Shown piece by piece: positions 1 to 10,083 of a stretch of 64,000 nucleotides of DNA. The stretch lies in NCBI GenBank assembly GCA_965249555.1, contig OZ252243.1:160001-224000 (forward strand), given 5' to 3'. Source of the DNA: Nitrosopumilus sp. GTDB lineage: Archaea; Thermoproteota; Nitrososphaeria; Nitrososphaerales; Nitrosopumilaceae. The notes under the pieces are model-generated. The model was not told the DNA's origin and did no database searches. It saw only the letters and a list, made by a program, of their open reading frames with translations. The position numbers and the translations under genes were made by a program. Position 1 is the first letter of the stretch. Each line of letters opens with the position of its first letter.

Positions 1-70
1 TGAGGGAGAATTTGATATGGATGTAGGGTTCTAGTGTGTATTTTATACTTGAAGTAAAAATAAATCATAG

Positions 71-1078
71 TTGATATACAAGTCGTTTGATAATCCAGGA
101 TTAGTAAAAGTACTTAGATTTTTGCAAACCCACAACACAGAATATCTATCAGGTCAAGATTTGAGTGATGTCTTAAGAATAAGCAGAGTTGCAGTATGGA
201 AACATATCAAAAAAATTCAGGAGTTAGGGTATATTGTTGAGTCAAAACAGAAACTAGGTTACAAACTAACATCAAACTCTGATGCTCTTTTTCCATGGGA
301 GATTACTTCAGAACTTGGAACAAAGATAATTGGACAACAAGCTTACTATTTTGATTCAATTGATTCTACTCAAAACCAGGCATTAAAAATTGCAGATGAT
401 CCTGTAAATAATGGCACCATAATAATTGCAGGAAGACAGACAGGAGGAAAAGGAAGATCTGGAAGAGCGTGGATTTCACCCAAAGGAGGTATTTGGTTTT
501 CAATAATTTTACATCCAAAATTTGATATTTCTATTACAACTTTATTTCCAATTGCGTCTGCACTAGCATTATCAATAGCAATAGAGAAAACAATGAAAAT
601 TTCACCAGAATTAAAATGGCCAAATGACTTGACTATCAAAGGCAAAAAGATAGCAGGAATTCTAGTTGATGCATCACTAGAATCAAACAGAATTGAAAAT
701 ATAGTATTGGGAGTAGGCATAAATTTTGATGTAGATGTAAAACAGATTGAAAAAACACTCGAAGGTTCACCAAATTTTTATGGGATAGCATCACTTAATG
801 AACAAAAAAACAAAGTCAAAGCAATTCAATTAGTTCAAACGTTTCTGGTGGAACTAGAAAAAATTTATGAATTACTAAATACAAAACAAACAAATAAAAT
901 CATTTCAGAATGGACTAAAAGATCATCAACAATTGGAAAGAATGTGAAATTAGACACCAGAGATGGGAAAATTAAAGGAAAAGCAATTAAAATTGATGAT
1001 GATGGGGCATTAATTGTATCAGATAACAACAAAACTAACAGAATAATTGCAGGCGATATTATTCATTTATCAAAGTAG
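71..1078 (+). CDS. birA: Bifunctional biotin-[acetyl-CoA carboxylase] ligase with N-terminal HTH
   Basis: HTH (LSGQDLS...ISRVAVWKHI), QTGGKGRSGRAW, KWPND and KIAGIL motifs. Confidence 0.95.
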   Translation: MIYKSFDNPGLVKVLRFLQTHNTEYLSGQDLSDVLRISRVAVWKHIKKIQELGYIVESKQKLGYKLTSNSDALFPWEITSELGTKIIGQQAYYFDSIDSTQNQALKIADDPVNNGTIIIAGRQTGGKGRSGRAWISPKGGIWFSIILHPKFDISITTLFPIASALALSIAIEKTMKISPELKWPNDLTIKGKKIAGILVDASLESNRIENIVLGVGINFDVDVKQIEKTLEGSPNFYGIASLNEQKNKVKAIQLVQTFLVELEKIYELLNTKQTNKIISEWTKRSSTIGKNVKLDTRDGKIKGKAIKIDDDGALIVSDNNKTNRIIAGDIIHLSK

Positions 1079-1079
1079 G

Positions 1080-1424
1080 TTATTTTTTAGTAATTCTGGA
1101 TTTAGTTTTTGTCTTTGATCTTTTTTTTGTTTTAGAAAGCATGGAAGATTGGTGTTCCAGTATTTCTTTGAGATCATTTTGAATGTCAAAAACAGTAGAG
1201 AGTAGTTTCTCTAGAGCAGTAGAATATTGCTCATATGCAGATAATAGTTCAGTTTTCTTTTCATTGGACTTTGATAGATATTCATTTGAGCGTAGCAGAT
1301 TTGCCGAAGTAATTAATTCAGGTATTTCAGATGCCGGATCGCCTAATTGCTTCAAATCTGCTTGAATTTGTTGAATTTTTTTACGCAAGTCATAAACTAA
1401 CTCTCCAGATACAATTGAGGTCAA
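1080..1424 (-). CDS. Hypothetical coiled-coil protein
   Basis: 114-aa ORF with helical pattern and basic tail, convergent with birA. Confidence 0.7.
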   Translation of the reverse strand: MTSIVSGELVYDLRKKIQQIQADLKQLGDPASEIPELITSANLLRSNEYLSKSNEKKTELLSAYEQYSTALEKLLSTVFDIQNDLKEILEHQSSMLSKTKKRSKTKTKSRITKK

Positions 1425-1549
1425 TGCAAAAATACGTAATTATGAATAAATTAAAGATTGTCTAACAGCAAAATATTGTTTAATATGAAAATAGTAAATG
1501 TGAGCCTGAATTTAGTATAAAATAGAAATAGACATTAAACAAAGAATCT

Positions 1550-3112
1550 ATGAAAAAATATACAATGATAATTCCTTATTTGTTAGTCATAATTTTATTG
1601 AGTTCATCTGTTCTTATAGGAACAGTATTTGCACAAACAGAAGAAGATACAGAATTAATGTTCAATCAAGCTAATGAGCACTTTGTTAAGAGTGAATACA
1701 AAGAAGCCATAACAATCTATGACAAGATCTTAGAGATCATACCAAACAATATTTCGACTCTAAAAATGAAAGGAATAGCGCAAAGCAATCTTGAATACCA
1801 CACTAATTCATTAAAGCAATTTTTCAAAGTTTTGCAATACAAACCAAATGATGCCACATCATTAACAGGTATGGGAGTGGGATTTGGAAATCTAGGGGAA
1901 TATCAAGAAGCAGCATCATATTTTGACAAGGCATTAAAAGTAAAACCCAATAGCACTGTAATTAAAAATTATAAAGAATTTGTAGAAAAAGTAATTTCAA
2001 AATATCCATACACACCAACTGAGAAACCAGCAGAATTGGAAAAAGAAGATACCATAACTATTCCAGAAGAATTGGAAAAAGAAGATACCATAACTATTCC
2101 AGAAGAATTGGAAAAAGAAGATACCATAACTATTCCAGAATGGGTAGAACCAATAGTAAAATGGTGGTCAGAAGAAAATATTGATGATTCAGAATTTATT
2201 TTAGCTGTATCATACCTAATGGAAAATGAAATAATACAAATTCCACCCATAGAAATACAAAGTATTTCTGAAGACAAAATTCATGAATGGATAAAAAATA
2301 ACATAGGATGGTTGACAGATGAACAAATAGATGATTCAGGTTTTGTTTCAGGTATTGAATATTTAATAGAAAAGGAATTAATTGCTGTAAATGTTCAAGA
2401 TTCAACTCAATTACAAGATTCAACTCAATTACAAGATTCAACTCAATTACAAGATTCAACTCAATTACAAGAACAATTAGATCGTGAATTTTACTTTTTT
2501 GAAAAATATCTTAGAGATATTTCAAAAAATATTTCTAAAGAGACCAGATATATTGAATATCCAAACCCCAGCCAAGATGTGATAAAAAAATTCCTCAGAG
2601 ATTATGTTAAATGGAATTTTGAAGAAGAGGTGAAAAAAGCATCTGCAAAATTTCCCGATCCAACATATGAAGTAATAGATAACATAATCATTATTTACTA
2701 CAAAGTATTCATCAATGATCAACCAACTGGACTTCCATTAGATCATGTCAGTACATTAGAAGACTCTTTTGCATTTTGGAAAGAACAAGATTTGAATATT
2801 AACAATCAAACAGCTAAAATACAATTTGAAATTACAAGTTCAAAATATGAAGCAAATGTTTGGATAACTTGGGTAGTTCGAGATCTTGGAGCAGGGGTTC
2901 TGGGACATGCACATATTGGAAAAGGAGTTGTAGAAGTAACATTAGGAGATTACAATTGTGATGGAAGTTTTCAATTGTATAATGTTAAAAGTGTCGAGAC
3001 AATCATGACACACGAATTAGGACATTCTATTGGTTTGAAACACGTTACAGAACAAAGTAATATCATGTATCCATCATATACTCCATCGTATGCATATTGT
3101 CTTCTAAGTTGA
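1550..3112 (+). CDS. Secreted TPR protein with C-terminal matrixin-like (M10) zinc metallopeptidase
   Basis: Signal peptide, TPR repeats, thaumarchaeal IPEW..KWW repeats, HELGHSIGLKH plus Met-turn (NIMYP). Confidence 0.85.
   Translation: MKKYTMIIPYLLVIILLSSSVLIGTVFAQTEEDTELMFNQANEHFVKSEYKEAITIYDKILEIIPNNISTLKMKGIAQSNLEYHTNSLKQFFKVLQYKPNDATSLTGMGVGFGNLGEYQEAASYFDKALKVKPNSTVIKNYKEFVEKVISKYPYTPTEKPAELEKEDTITIPEELEKEDTITIPEELEKEDTITIPEWVEPIVKWWSEENIDDSEFILAVSYLMENEIIQIPPIEIQSISEDKIHEWIKNNIGWLTDEQIDDSGFVSGIEYLIEKELIAVNVQDSTQLQDSTQLQDSTQLQDSTQLQEQLDREFYFFEKYLRDISKNISKETRYIEYPNPSQDVIKKFLRDYVKWNFEEEVKKASAKFPDPTYEVIDNIIIIYYKVFINDQPTGLPLDHVSTLEDSFAFWKEQDLNINNQTAKIQFEITSSKYEANVWITWVVRDLGAGVLGHAHIGKGVVEVTLGDYNCDGSFQLYNVKSVETIMTHELGHSIGLKHVTEQSNIMYPSYTPSYAYCLLS
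2033..2140 (+). repeat. In-frame tandem repeat, 3 x 36 bp (ELEKEDTITIPE)
   Basis: gaattggaaaaagaagataccataactattccagaa repeated three times. Confidence 0.95.
2396..2467 (+). repeat. In-frame tandem repeat, 4 x 18 bp (QDSTQL)
   Basis: caagattcaactcaatta repeated four times. Confidence 0.95.
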
Positions 3113-3233
3113 ATTTGTAAAAATATGATTATATTCTAAAAAATTAGAATAAAGATTAGCTTCACCTACACACAATTAACCTGTGGAGATTAGGTAAAAC
3201 GAATAATAGTCTAACTAATCATTTTTTGTAATT

Positions 3234-4145
3234 ATGCTTAAAAATACAACTGCTATTGGGCCTAAATGTCCAGCCTGTGGAGGTAGAAAAATGATCACAG
3301 ATCAAAGTACAGGAGAGTTGTGTTGTGAAAAATGTGGATTTGTGGCTACAGACAAAATTTCAGATACAGGTGCTGAATGGCGTTCATTTGCAAATGATGA
3401 AAGCAGCAGAGCCAGAACAGGAGCTGGAACTTCATTAACAATACACGATATGGGCTTGTCTACAATAATTGGTAAAGCCAACAAAGATTCAACAGGAAAA
3501 CCACTATCTTCAAGTGTAAAGAGTTCTATTGAAAGACTGAGGACATGGGACAGTAGATCACAAGCACATTCTTCTGCAGATAGAAATCTCAGACAAGCAC
3601 TTAATGAAATGGATAAACTAAAAGACAAACTTGCGTTAACAAATGCAGTAATAGAAAAAGCTGCTTACATTTACAGAAAAGCAATGGAGAGAAAATTAGT
3701 CAGAGGTCGTTCAATTCAAGGATTAGTCGCAGCATGCATTTATGCATCATGTAGAAATACAGAAACACCTAGAACTTTGGATGACATTGCTAAAGGAATC
3801 AATATTAGAAGAAAAGAAGTTGCCAGAGGTTATAGATTAATTTTCAGAGAACTTGATCTGAAAATGCCAGTAGTTGATCCAGTAAAAGGAGTTTCTAGGA
3901 TTGCAAGTATTGCAGAATTAAGTGAGAAAAGCAAGCGCAAAGCAATCATAATTTTAAATCAAGCGAAAAAAATTGGTTTAGTTGCAGGAAAGGATCCAAT
4001 GGGAATAGCCGCTGCTGCGCTATATCTTGCATGTATCAGTACAGGAGAAACAAAATCACAAAAAGATATTTCAATTGCATCGGGAGTTACTGAAGTAACT
4101 ATAAGAAACAGATGCGCAGGATTGAGAAAAATGCTTAATGATTAG
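3234..4145 (+). CDS. tfb: Transcription initiation factor IIB
   Basis: Zn ribbon CPACG...CEKCG, EWRSF B-finger, two cyclin repeats, GVTEVTIRNR. Confidence 0.95.
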   Translation: MLKNTTAIGPKCPACGGRKMITDQSTGELCCEKCGFVATDKISDTGAEWRSFANDESSRARTGAGTSLTIHDMGLSTIIGKANKDSTGKPLSSSVKSSIERLRTWDSRSQAHSSADRNLRQALNEMDKLKDKLALTNAVIEKAAYIYRKAMERKLVRGRSIQGLVAACIYASCRNTETPRTLDDIAKGINIRRKEVARGYRLIFRELDLKMPVVDPVKGVSRIASIAELSEKSKRKAIIILNQAKKIGLVAGKDPMGIAAAALYLACISTGETKSQKDISIASGVTEVTIRNRCAGLRKMLND

Positions 4146-4534
4146 AATGTCTTCATAGGGGTTTTTTTCAGAGGTTCGATAATTTTAAGAATTTTAAAGG
4201 AAAGTTTGCCAAAATCAGTCTCTTTTTCACACGATATCAACATTACATCATAATTAGTTAAGGGGAAACTCATTACAATGACTTTATCTCTATAAGACAT
4301 AGAAAAGTGAACTATGCCAAATTCATTATCAAATTCATGCCTCATTCTTACACGTAAAGAAAGTTCCATGAACATCATTTCATCTTGTTTTTGAGCTTCA
4401 AGTGAGAGCAAGCCTTCCTTCATCCCACCAGACACCAAATGACCTCGACTGTTGATGATTCTGGCTGAACGCATCTTGGAATCTAATTTAATGATTTTCT
4501 GACAGATTTTTTCAAGCTTTTCTACATCAACCAT
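4142..4534 (-). CDS. Thaumarchaeal roadblock-like (DUF6659-type) protein
   Basis: MRSARIINSRGHLVSGG...VIVMSFP pattern; paralogue at 9641..10039. Confidence 0.7.
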   Translation of the reverse strand: MVDVEKLEKICQKIIKLDSKMRSARIINSRGHLVSGGMKEGLLSLEAQKQDEMMFMELSLRVRMRHEFDNEFGIVHFSMSYRDKVIVMSFPLTNYDVMLISCEKETDFGKLSFKILKIIEPLKKTPMKTF

Positions 4535-4587
4535 TTGTATAGTTAAACAAGCGATCTATTTATTGCGATCTGTGTTATTAGATATCT

Positions 4588-5166
4588 GTGCAATCAGAAT
4601 CACCTAAAAATATAACCGATTATTACAAACATTTGTCCCTTTTCTGGACAGACATCATTCATTTGATGTCAAGTAAGCCACAAGCACTAACATCAATTGG
4701 TCCAATGAGAGCATTTGCTGCAAATTCAAAAAAAATTACTACAGAGTTAATTGACATCAATGAGACATTATTTGGATTTAATCAATATCTTACAGAATAC
4801 TACAAACAGCTCTCAGATACTTGGAAAGATGCACAAAAGAAAGTCAATCTAAAAGCCCCAGAAGTTCCTCAAGATGTAGAGCAAATTGAAGCATTCAAAA
4901 GAATTTGGATAGATATTTTCGATAATGATTTTACAGAATTGTTTGATTCTAAAAAATTTGGTGAAAACTATGGAAGACTAGTTTCAAAAGAGCTTGAATT
5001 AACTAAACATTGGAATAACATCACTAATGTAATTTTACAATCAGCTAATCTTCCAAGTAAAGAAGAGATGGATGAAGTGTACAAAGAAATTCATTCTCTT
5101 AAAAGAAGAGTTGTCAGACTAGAGTTAGAATCAAAGAAAAGGGAAGCGAAAAAAAATGCAACCTGA
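4588..5166 (+). CDS. phaE: Class III PHA synthase subunit PhaE
   Basis: C-terminal LPSKEEMDEVYKEIHSLKRRV motif; overlaps phaC. Confidence 0.85.
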   Translation: MQSESPKNITDYYKHLSLFWTDIIHLMSSKPQALTSIGPMRAFAANSKKITTELIDINETLFGFNQYLTEYYKQLSDTWKDAQKKVNLKAPEVPQDVEQIEAFKRIWIDIFDNDFTELFDSKKFGENYGRLVSKELELTKHWNNITNVILQSANLPSKEEMDEVYKEIHSLKRRVVRLELESKKREAKKNAT

Positions 5167-6220
5167 ATCAAAAATAGACCCAAAAATAATTGAAGAGATT
5201 TTAAAATTCAGTAATAATGTCATTAAAGCCCCAGAGTTAGTTGCAGCACCTGATGAAATTAGTTTGGAAGTAACAGAACATGATATTGTACTGGAGATAG
5301 ATAAAACAAGACTATTACATTACAAACCGCTTACAGAAAAACAACATAAAACACCATTGTTAATTTCATATGCATTAATTAACAGATACCACATACTTGA
5401 TATCCATCCAGAAAAAAGTTGGGTTAGAAATCTTCTGCAACAGGGATTTGATGTATACATGCTTGACTGGGGAACACCAACTAGTATGGACAAATATCTT
5501 GATTTTGATGATTATGTAAATGGGTATTTGGATTCTTGTGTAGAATATATCAAAAATGAATCATCTGTTGAAAAAATTTCATTACAAGGATATTGTACCG
5601 GGGGAACAATAGCAACGGCATACATCACATTGCATCCAGAAAGTGTAAAAAACTATGTCGCAACAGCCCCAGTAATTGATGGATGGAGAGACACTACAGT
5701 GATTAGCAATCTTGCAAAACACATGGATGTGGATAAAATGGTAGAAACCATAGGAAATATGCCACCTGAATTCATGTACTATTGTTTTTCAGTCCTTAAA
5801 CCATTTGAGCAGGGAATTGAAAAATATGTCAAGTTTTTCAAAAATATAGATAATAAAAAATATGTTGATAATTTCCTCAGAGTTGAAAAATGGCTAGGAG
5901 ACACACCTCCCATTCCTGGCGCGTTGTTCAAACAGTGGATAAAAGACATCTATCAAGATAATTTACTCATTCAAAACAAGATGTACGTAGGGGGGGAACA
6001 CATAGATTTGAAAAAAATCGATATGCCACTTTTTACACAAGTTGCAGTAGGGGATCATTTGGTATCACCTGAATGTAGCATGCCACTTCATTATGCGGTA
6101 GGTAGTGAAGATAAAACGTTGAGAATGTATCCAACAGGACATGTTGGAATGATTGCAAGTTCATTGTCTCAGAAAAAAGTACTGCCTGAGCTAGGACAGT
6201 GGTTAGCTAAAAGATCATAA
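5156..6220 (+). CDS. phaC: Class III PHA synthase subunit PhaC
   Basis: YALINRYHILD, GYCTGG catalytic Cys box, DHLV, TGHVG. Confidence 0.95.
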   Translation: MQPESKIDPKIIEEILKFSNNVIKAPELVAAPDEISLEVTEHDIVLEIDKTRLLHYKPLTEKQHKTPLLISYALINRYHILDIHPEKSWVRNLLQQGFDVYMLDWGTPTSMDKYLDFDDYVNGYLDSCVEYIKNESSVEKISLQGYCTGGTIATAYITLHPESVKNYVATAPVIDGWRDTTVISNLAKHMDVDKMVETIGNMPPEFMYYCFSVLKPFEQGIEKYVKFFKNIDNKKYVDNFLRVEKWLGDTPPIPGALFKQWIKDIYQDNLLIQNKMYVGGEHIDLKKIDMPLFTQVAVGDHLVSPECSMPLHYAVGSEDKTLRMYPTGHVGMIASSLSQKKVLPELGQWLAKRS

Positions 6221-6261
6221 AATAAAATTGATAAAAAAAAGAAAAAAAGAAAGTTTTGCCA

Positions 6262-6690
6262 CTAGTTATTCTTCGTGGTGAATGCAGAAATCCAAGATTG
6301 TAGAATGCTTCTGTTTAGGTCAGCAAATGATTTTGCATTATCGTTGAATGTTTTAATATTTTGTTGTGTTGCATCGATGGTTGCAAGTGCTACTTGATTT
6401 TGTATTGAAGCTGCCTTGACAATTTCTTCTGTTGTATCATGAATTACTTTTAATGTTGCTTCAGGAATGTTAGTTGCGATACCTGCTTTCTTTACATATT
6501 CTTTTTGTAGTGCAATAGTTGAATCAACTATGTTTTCATATGCTTGTAGGTATTCCTGTTGTACATTAGTAATGGATTGATGATATTGTGGTACGGATTG
6601 TTTAATACCATTGAAGAGTTTGTCTACATTTTGCTGATATACAGAAAATACATCTTTTGAATTTCTGGTTGTTGTTGTTTCGTTACTCAT
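6262..6690 (-). CDS. Probable phasin (PHA granule protein)
   Basis: Amphipathic Gln/Ala-rich helical 142-aa protein adjacent to phaEC. Confidence 0.6.
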   Translation of the reverse strand: MSNETTTTRNSKDVFSVYQQNVDKLFNGIKQSVPQYHQSITNVQQEYLQAYENIVDSTIALQKEYVKKAGIATNIPEATLKVIHDTTEEIVKAASIQNQVALATIDATQQNIKTFNDNAKSFADLNRSILQSWISAFTTKNN

Positions 6691-7112
6691 TGTTTCACCT
6701 CCTTATTTTTTGATTTTTTTGCTATTGGCAGGATAATTACTTGAACCAAGTCGCCGTCTCCCAAACCAAGTGCATTACGTTCAGCTTCAGGGATTGAGAT
6801 TCGCCCATTACTACTGATGGTAGTTTTGTAAGCACCCCAATTCATGAAGGATGGAAGCATTTGTCCGATGTTAAACATTGTATCCATACTTTTACTTTGC
6901 ATGGATGACATGTTTTGCATCATATTGGATTGAGTTTGTCTAGTACTGTCAGAAACTTCTCTTAGAGTATCTAAGGGATTGAATGTTTGGCTGGTTTGAT
7001 TGGTCATCAAAGAGCCAAAATTTTTAATAAATTCTGTTTGAGCACGTCCACTTTTTTGGATCCAGTCCTTGAACATTTCAGTTGGATCATACTGGTAATT
7101 ATTACCACTCAT
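6687..7112 (-). CDS. AbrB/SpoVT-domain regulator, PhaR-like
   Basis: C-terminal SSNGRISIPEAERNALGLGDGDLV AbrB motif; coupled to phasin-like gene. Confidence 0.7.
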   Translation of the reverse strand: MSGNNYQYDPTEMFKDWIQKSGRAQTEFIKNFGSLMTNQTSQTFNPLDTLREVSDSTRQTQSNMMQNMSSMQSKSMDTMFNIGQMLPSFMNWGAYKTTISSNGRISIPEAERNALGLGDGDLVQVIILPIAKKSKNKEVKQ

Positions 7113-7148
7113 TGGTAATTAATGGATTTAAGAGGTATATAAATCCAT

Positions 7149-7943
7149 CTAGACGTTATTCAAAAACTCCTTTACTTTAGAGGCAAAAGTGAAGGGGTCA
7201 TGAACATATGGCGTATGACCACATCCATCCATTCTAAAAAATCGACAATCCTGAATTGTGGATACAAAACTATCTGCATAATGAATTGGAATAACAGGAT
7301 CATTGGAACCCCAAATAATCATGGTGGGGGTAGAAATTGTTTGAAGTTTAGACGTGATTAATTCGGAGTTTTTTATTCCTAGTAATGTAGACATGAAAGC
7401 AAGTTTTGCATTAGGTAATCGCATTCTTTCTATAAATCCATTAACAACTACTTTAGTGATATTTTTTCCAGAACCTTCCATCAATTCAAATGCATTTTTT
7501 GCATTTGTTTCATTTGGATATAGTGCTGCCATGATATATGCATCAAGTGCAGGAGTAGATTGCCTCATAACTCCAGAAGGAGAAACAAGAATAAGTTTTT
7601 CAATGTCTTGAGAATGAGAAACTGCAAATTCAGCACATATTTGTCCCCCTAATGAAGAACCAATTAGATTAGGTCGTGCAATATCAGAGGCAACTAAAAA
7701 TTGTTGCAGAAAATCTGAAAAGAATTCAAGAGTGTAGTCTACAAGAGGTTTATCACTATAACCAAACCCAATAAGATCAGGAACAACAACACGAAATTCA
7801 TCTGCAAAAAGAGGAATTACTTGATCCCATCTTTCAGCAGATGCTCCCAATCCATGAACAAGTACAAGTGTTTTTTTAGAATCACCAGACTCCAGATAAC
7901 GGATCTTGTTTCCATCTATCTGAAGGAATTTTTCTTCCAACAT
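7149..7943 (-). CDS. Alpha/beta hydrolase
   Basis: HGLG oxyanion motif, GSSLG nucleophile elbow, D and GH catalytic motifs. Confidence 0.9.
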   Translation of the reverse strand: MLEEKFLQIDGNKIRYLESGDSKKTLVLVHGLGASAERWDQVIPLFADEFRVVVPDLIGFGYSDKPLVDYTLEFFSDFLQQFLVASDIARPNLIGSSLGGQICAEFAVSHSQDIEKLILVSPSGVMRQSTPALDAYIMAALYPNETNAKNAFELMEGSGKNITKVVVNGFIERMRLPNAKLAFMSTLLGIKNSELITSKLQTISTPTMIIWGSNDPVIPIHYADSFVSTIQDCRFFRMDGCGHTPYVHDPFTFASKVKEFLNNV

Positions 7944-8037
7944 TTAATCGTCAATTATTATCACTAGATAAGTTTTAGTTAATTTAGCGATCAAATACAT
8001 TTATGGTTTTTTGATATATTCAAAATTAAAGTAATTT

Positions 8038-8493
8038 TTATGATAAACCGTGTTTCTTGAAATATTTTTGGTGATATTCTTCTGCAGCATAGAATGTAGG
8101 AGTAGGAATAATTTCAGTAACAATAGGATGTTCATACCGTCCGGATTTGTCAAGTGTTTGTTTTGACTTTTCAGCGATTTCTTTTTGTTCATCATTGTGA
8201 TAAAAAATTGCTGAACGATATTGAATTCCAATATCAGGTCCTTGGCGATTCAATGTTGTGGGGTTGTGATTATTCCAAAATACATCAAGAAGGTCTTCAT
8301 AAGATATTTCATTAGGATCGTATTCTACTTCCACAGCTTCGACATGTCCTGTTTTATCTGTACATACTTCTTCATATGTTGGATGGGGTAATTGGCCACC
8401 AATGTATCCTACTTTGGTAGACTTGATACCCCTAGTTTTACCAAGTAAATCTTCAACATGCCAAAAACACCCTGCACCAAATGTTGCTTTCAA
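8038..8493 (-). CDS. msrA: Peptide methionine sulfoxide reductase A
   Basis: GCFW active site, TGHVE, AEEYHQKY. Confidence 0.95.
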   Translation of the reverse strand: MKATFGAGCFWHVEDLLGKTRGIKSTKVGYIGGQLPHPTYEEVCTDKTGHVEAVEVEYDPNEISYEDLLDVFWNNHNPTTLNRQGPDIGIQYRSAIFYHNDEQKEIAEKSKQTLDKSGRYEHPIVTEIIPTPTFYAAEEYHQKYFKKHGLS

Positions 8494-8545
8494 TTCAATT
8501 AATGTGAATGTATATCAAATTAAAACTATTTGTTAAAATTGAGAA

Positions 8546-9583
8546 TTATTTAATTCCAATTATTCCTTCTTGAATAAGAAATTTCAAAGAATTTACAAAT
8601 TCATATTCTGAAATCAAATCCTGTGACCACCATAATGCATTGTTTCTAATCCAATTAGGAATTTCATCTCCAGATACATCTCCAGAAGGGATATCTGAAA
8701 TCATGACGATGTTATTTTCTAGTAAAAATTCAATTCCAGATGCAAATGTAGAATCAGGAATTGCACCTGTTGCCCATTTTCCTGCATCAAGCTTCATTTC
8801 AGGAGGTAAAGGAACAGGATCTTCATAACCTAAAATATTGTAAATGGAGATATCTGAGAATTGAGAATCAAACCAAGATTTGTAATCAGGTTCATTATAA
8901 TATCGGTCAATATAGTATTGTGGTGATTTATCAAAAGATGGGAAACCATCAAGCGAAGTTGTTTTGTAGCCAACTACATCAGTAATAGAATTAAAAGGGA
9001 ATTGAGAATCAAACCAAGATTTGTAATCAGGTTCATTATAATATCGGTCAAGATAGTATTGTGGTGATTTATCAAAAGAGGGAAAATTTGGGATTTGGAA
9101 TTTTAGTGTAACAAAAGTAGATGAAGGTTCCAGAGTTGGTTCTGGAGTTGGTTCTGGAGTTGGTTCTGGAGTTGGTTCCAGAGTTGGTTCCAGAGTTGGT
9201 TCTGGATCCGGCGGAAGTGTAGTTGTAGAATATTCTTGGTATTCTATCGAGTTGTCCTTACTTCCATCATAGGTAACTGTTATCGGATAAGTGCCATCAG
9301 ACGACCAAGTAGGACCACCCACATGAAACACAGCTGAAAAACTGCCATCAGAATTTACAGGAACAGTGTTAAAATCTGCAAAATTTAATTTCTCAGGAGT
9401 AAAGATCTGAATAGTCACAAATGGAATATCGGGATCAAAAGAAACATTTCCAGAAATATTCAATTGATCATCCTTATGGTAAAGAGATTGATCAGTTGTG
9501 AAATCATATACTATTCCATACGCTGATGAAAAGCCCAGAGGGATTAGCAAAGATATGAAAAAAATTGAAAAATAACTATTCAT
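8546..9583 (-). CDS. Secreted/surface protein with PTPE linker and thaumarchaeal IPNWIRNNALWW domain
   Basis: Signal peptide, 12-bp PTPE/PTLE repeats (~9125-9205), duplicated FPSFDKSPQYY.DRYYNEPDYKSWFDSQF module. Confidence 0.8.
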   Translation of the reverse strand: MNSYFSIFFISLLIPLGFSSAYGIVYDFTTDQSLYHKDDQLNISGNVSFDPDIPFVTIQIFTPEKLNFADFNTVPVNSDGSFSAVFHVGGPTWSSDGTYPITVTYDGSKDNSIEYQEYSTTTLPPDPEPTLEPTLEPTPEPTPEPTPEPTLEPSSTFVTLKFQIPNFPSFDKSPQYYLDRYYNEPDYKSWFDSQFPFNSITDVVGYKTTSLDGFPSFDKSPQYYIDRYYNEPDYKSWFDSQFSDISIYNILGYEDPVPLPPEMKLDAGKWATGAIPDSTFASGIEFLLENNIVMISDIPSGDVSGDEIPNWIRNNALWWSQDLISEYEFVNSLKFLIQEGIIGIK

Positions 9584-9640
9584 ATTCTAAAAATCAATTT
9601 TCCACATAATTAAAGAATTCGTCAGATTGTTCAATTATAT

Positions 9641-10039
9641 TTAGTTGACATCAGTAAATATTTCAACAACTTTTTTGGCCAAGATCTCAATGTTGACAGT
9701 AGGTTCTGCAGATATCAGTAATAGAATTTGCGTGATAGGAAATGGGAAACTTACTAAAACCGCCTTGTCTCGTCTTGCAGCAAGATAATTAATCGGACCC
9801 AAGCTTGCATCTAGTTCTTTTCGAATAGATGCTTTTGAGACAAACTCAAAAAATGACTGTAATTTGGTTTCATCATTTTCATAAGGGGTAATTCCTTTTT
9901 TAAAACCACCTGCTACGAGTTTCCCATTTTCATTAACAATTCCTGCAAATCGGATCTCAGCTTCTTCAAGCAAGTGGTCGCATCTATCAGCATACAATTT
10001 CAAAGTAACATCAAGATTGGACATGACAAACTTATTCAA
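9641..10039 (-). CDS. Thaumarchaeal roadblock-like (DUF6659-type) protein
   Basis: IRFAGIVNENGKLVAGG...LVSFPFP. Confidence 0.7.
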   Translation of the reverse strand: MNKFVMSNLDVTLKLYADRCDHLLEEAEIRFAGIVNENGKLVAGGFKKGITPYENDETKLQSFFEFVSKASIRKELDASLGPINYLAARRDKAVLVSFPFPITQILLLISAEPTVNIEILAKKVVEIFTDVN

Positions 10040-10083
10040 GATACCAAAAATAAAAACCTAGCCTATGAACGCATAGAATTTCA

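Noticed and set aside
2033-2140. 36-bp repeats as a possible CRISPR array
   Set aside because: Head-to-tail with no spacers and in frame within a CDS; I saw no CRISPR array or cas gene in the window
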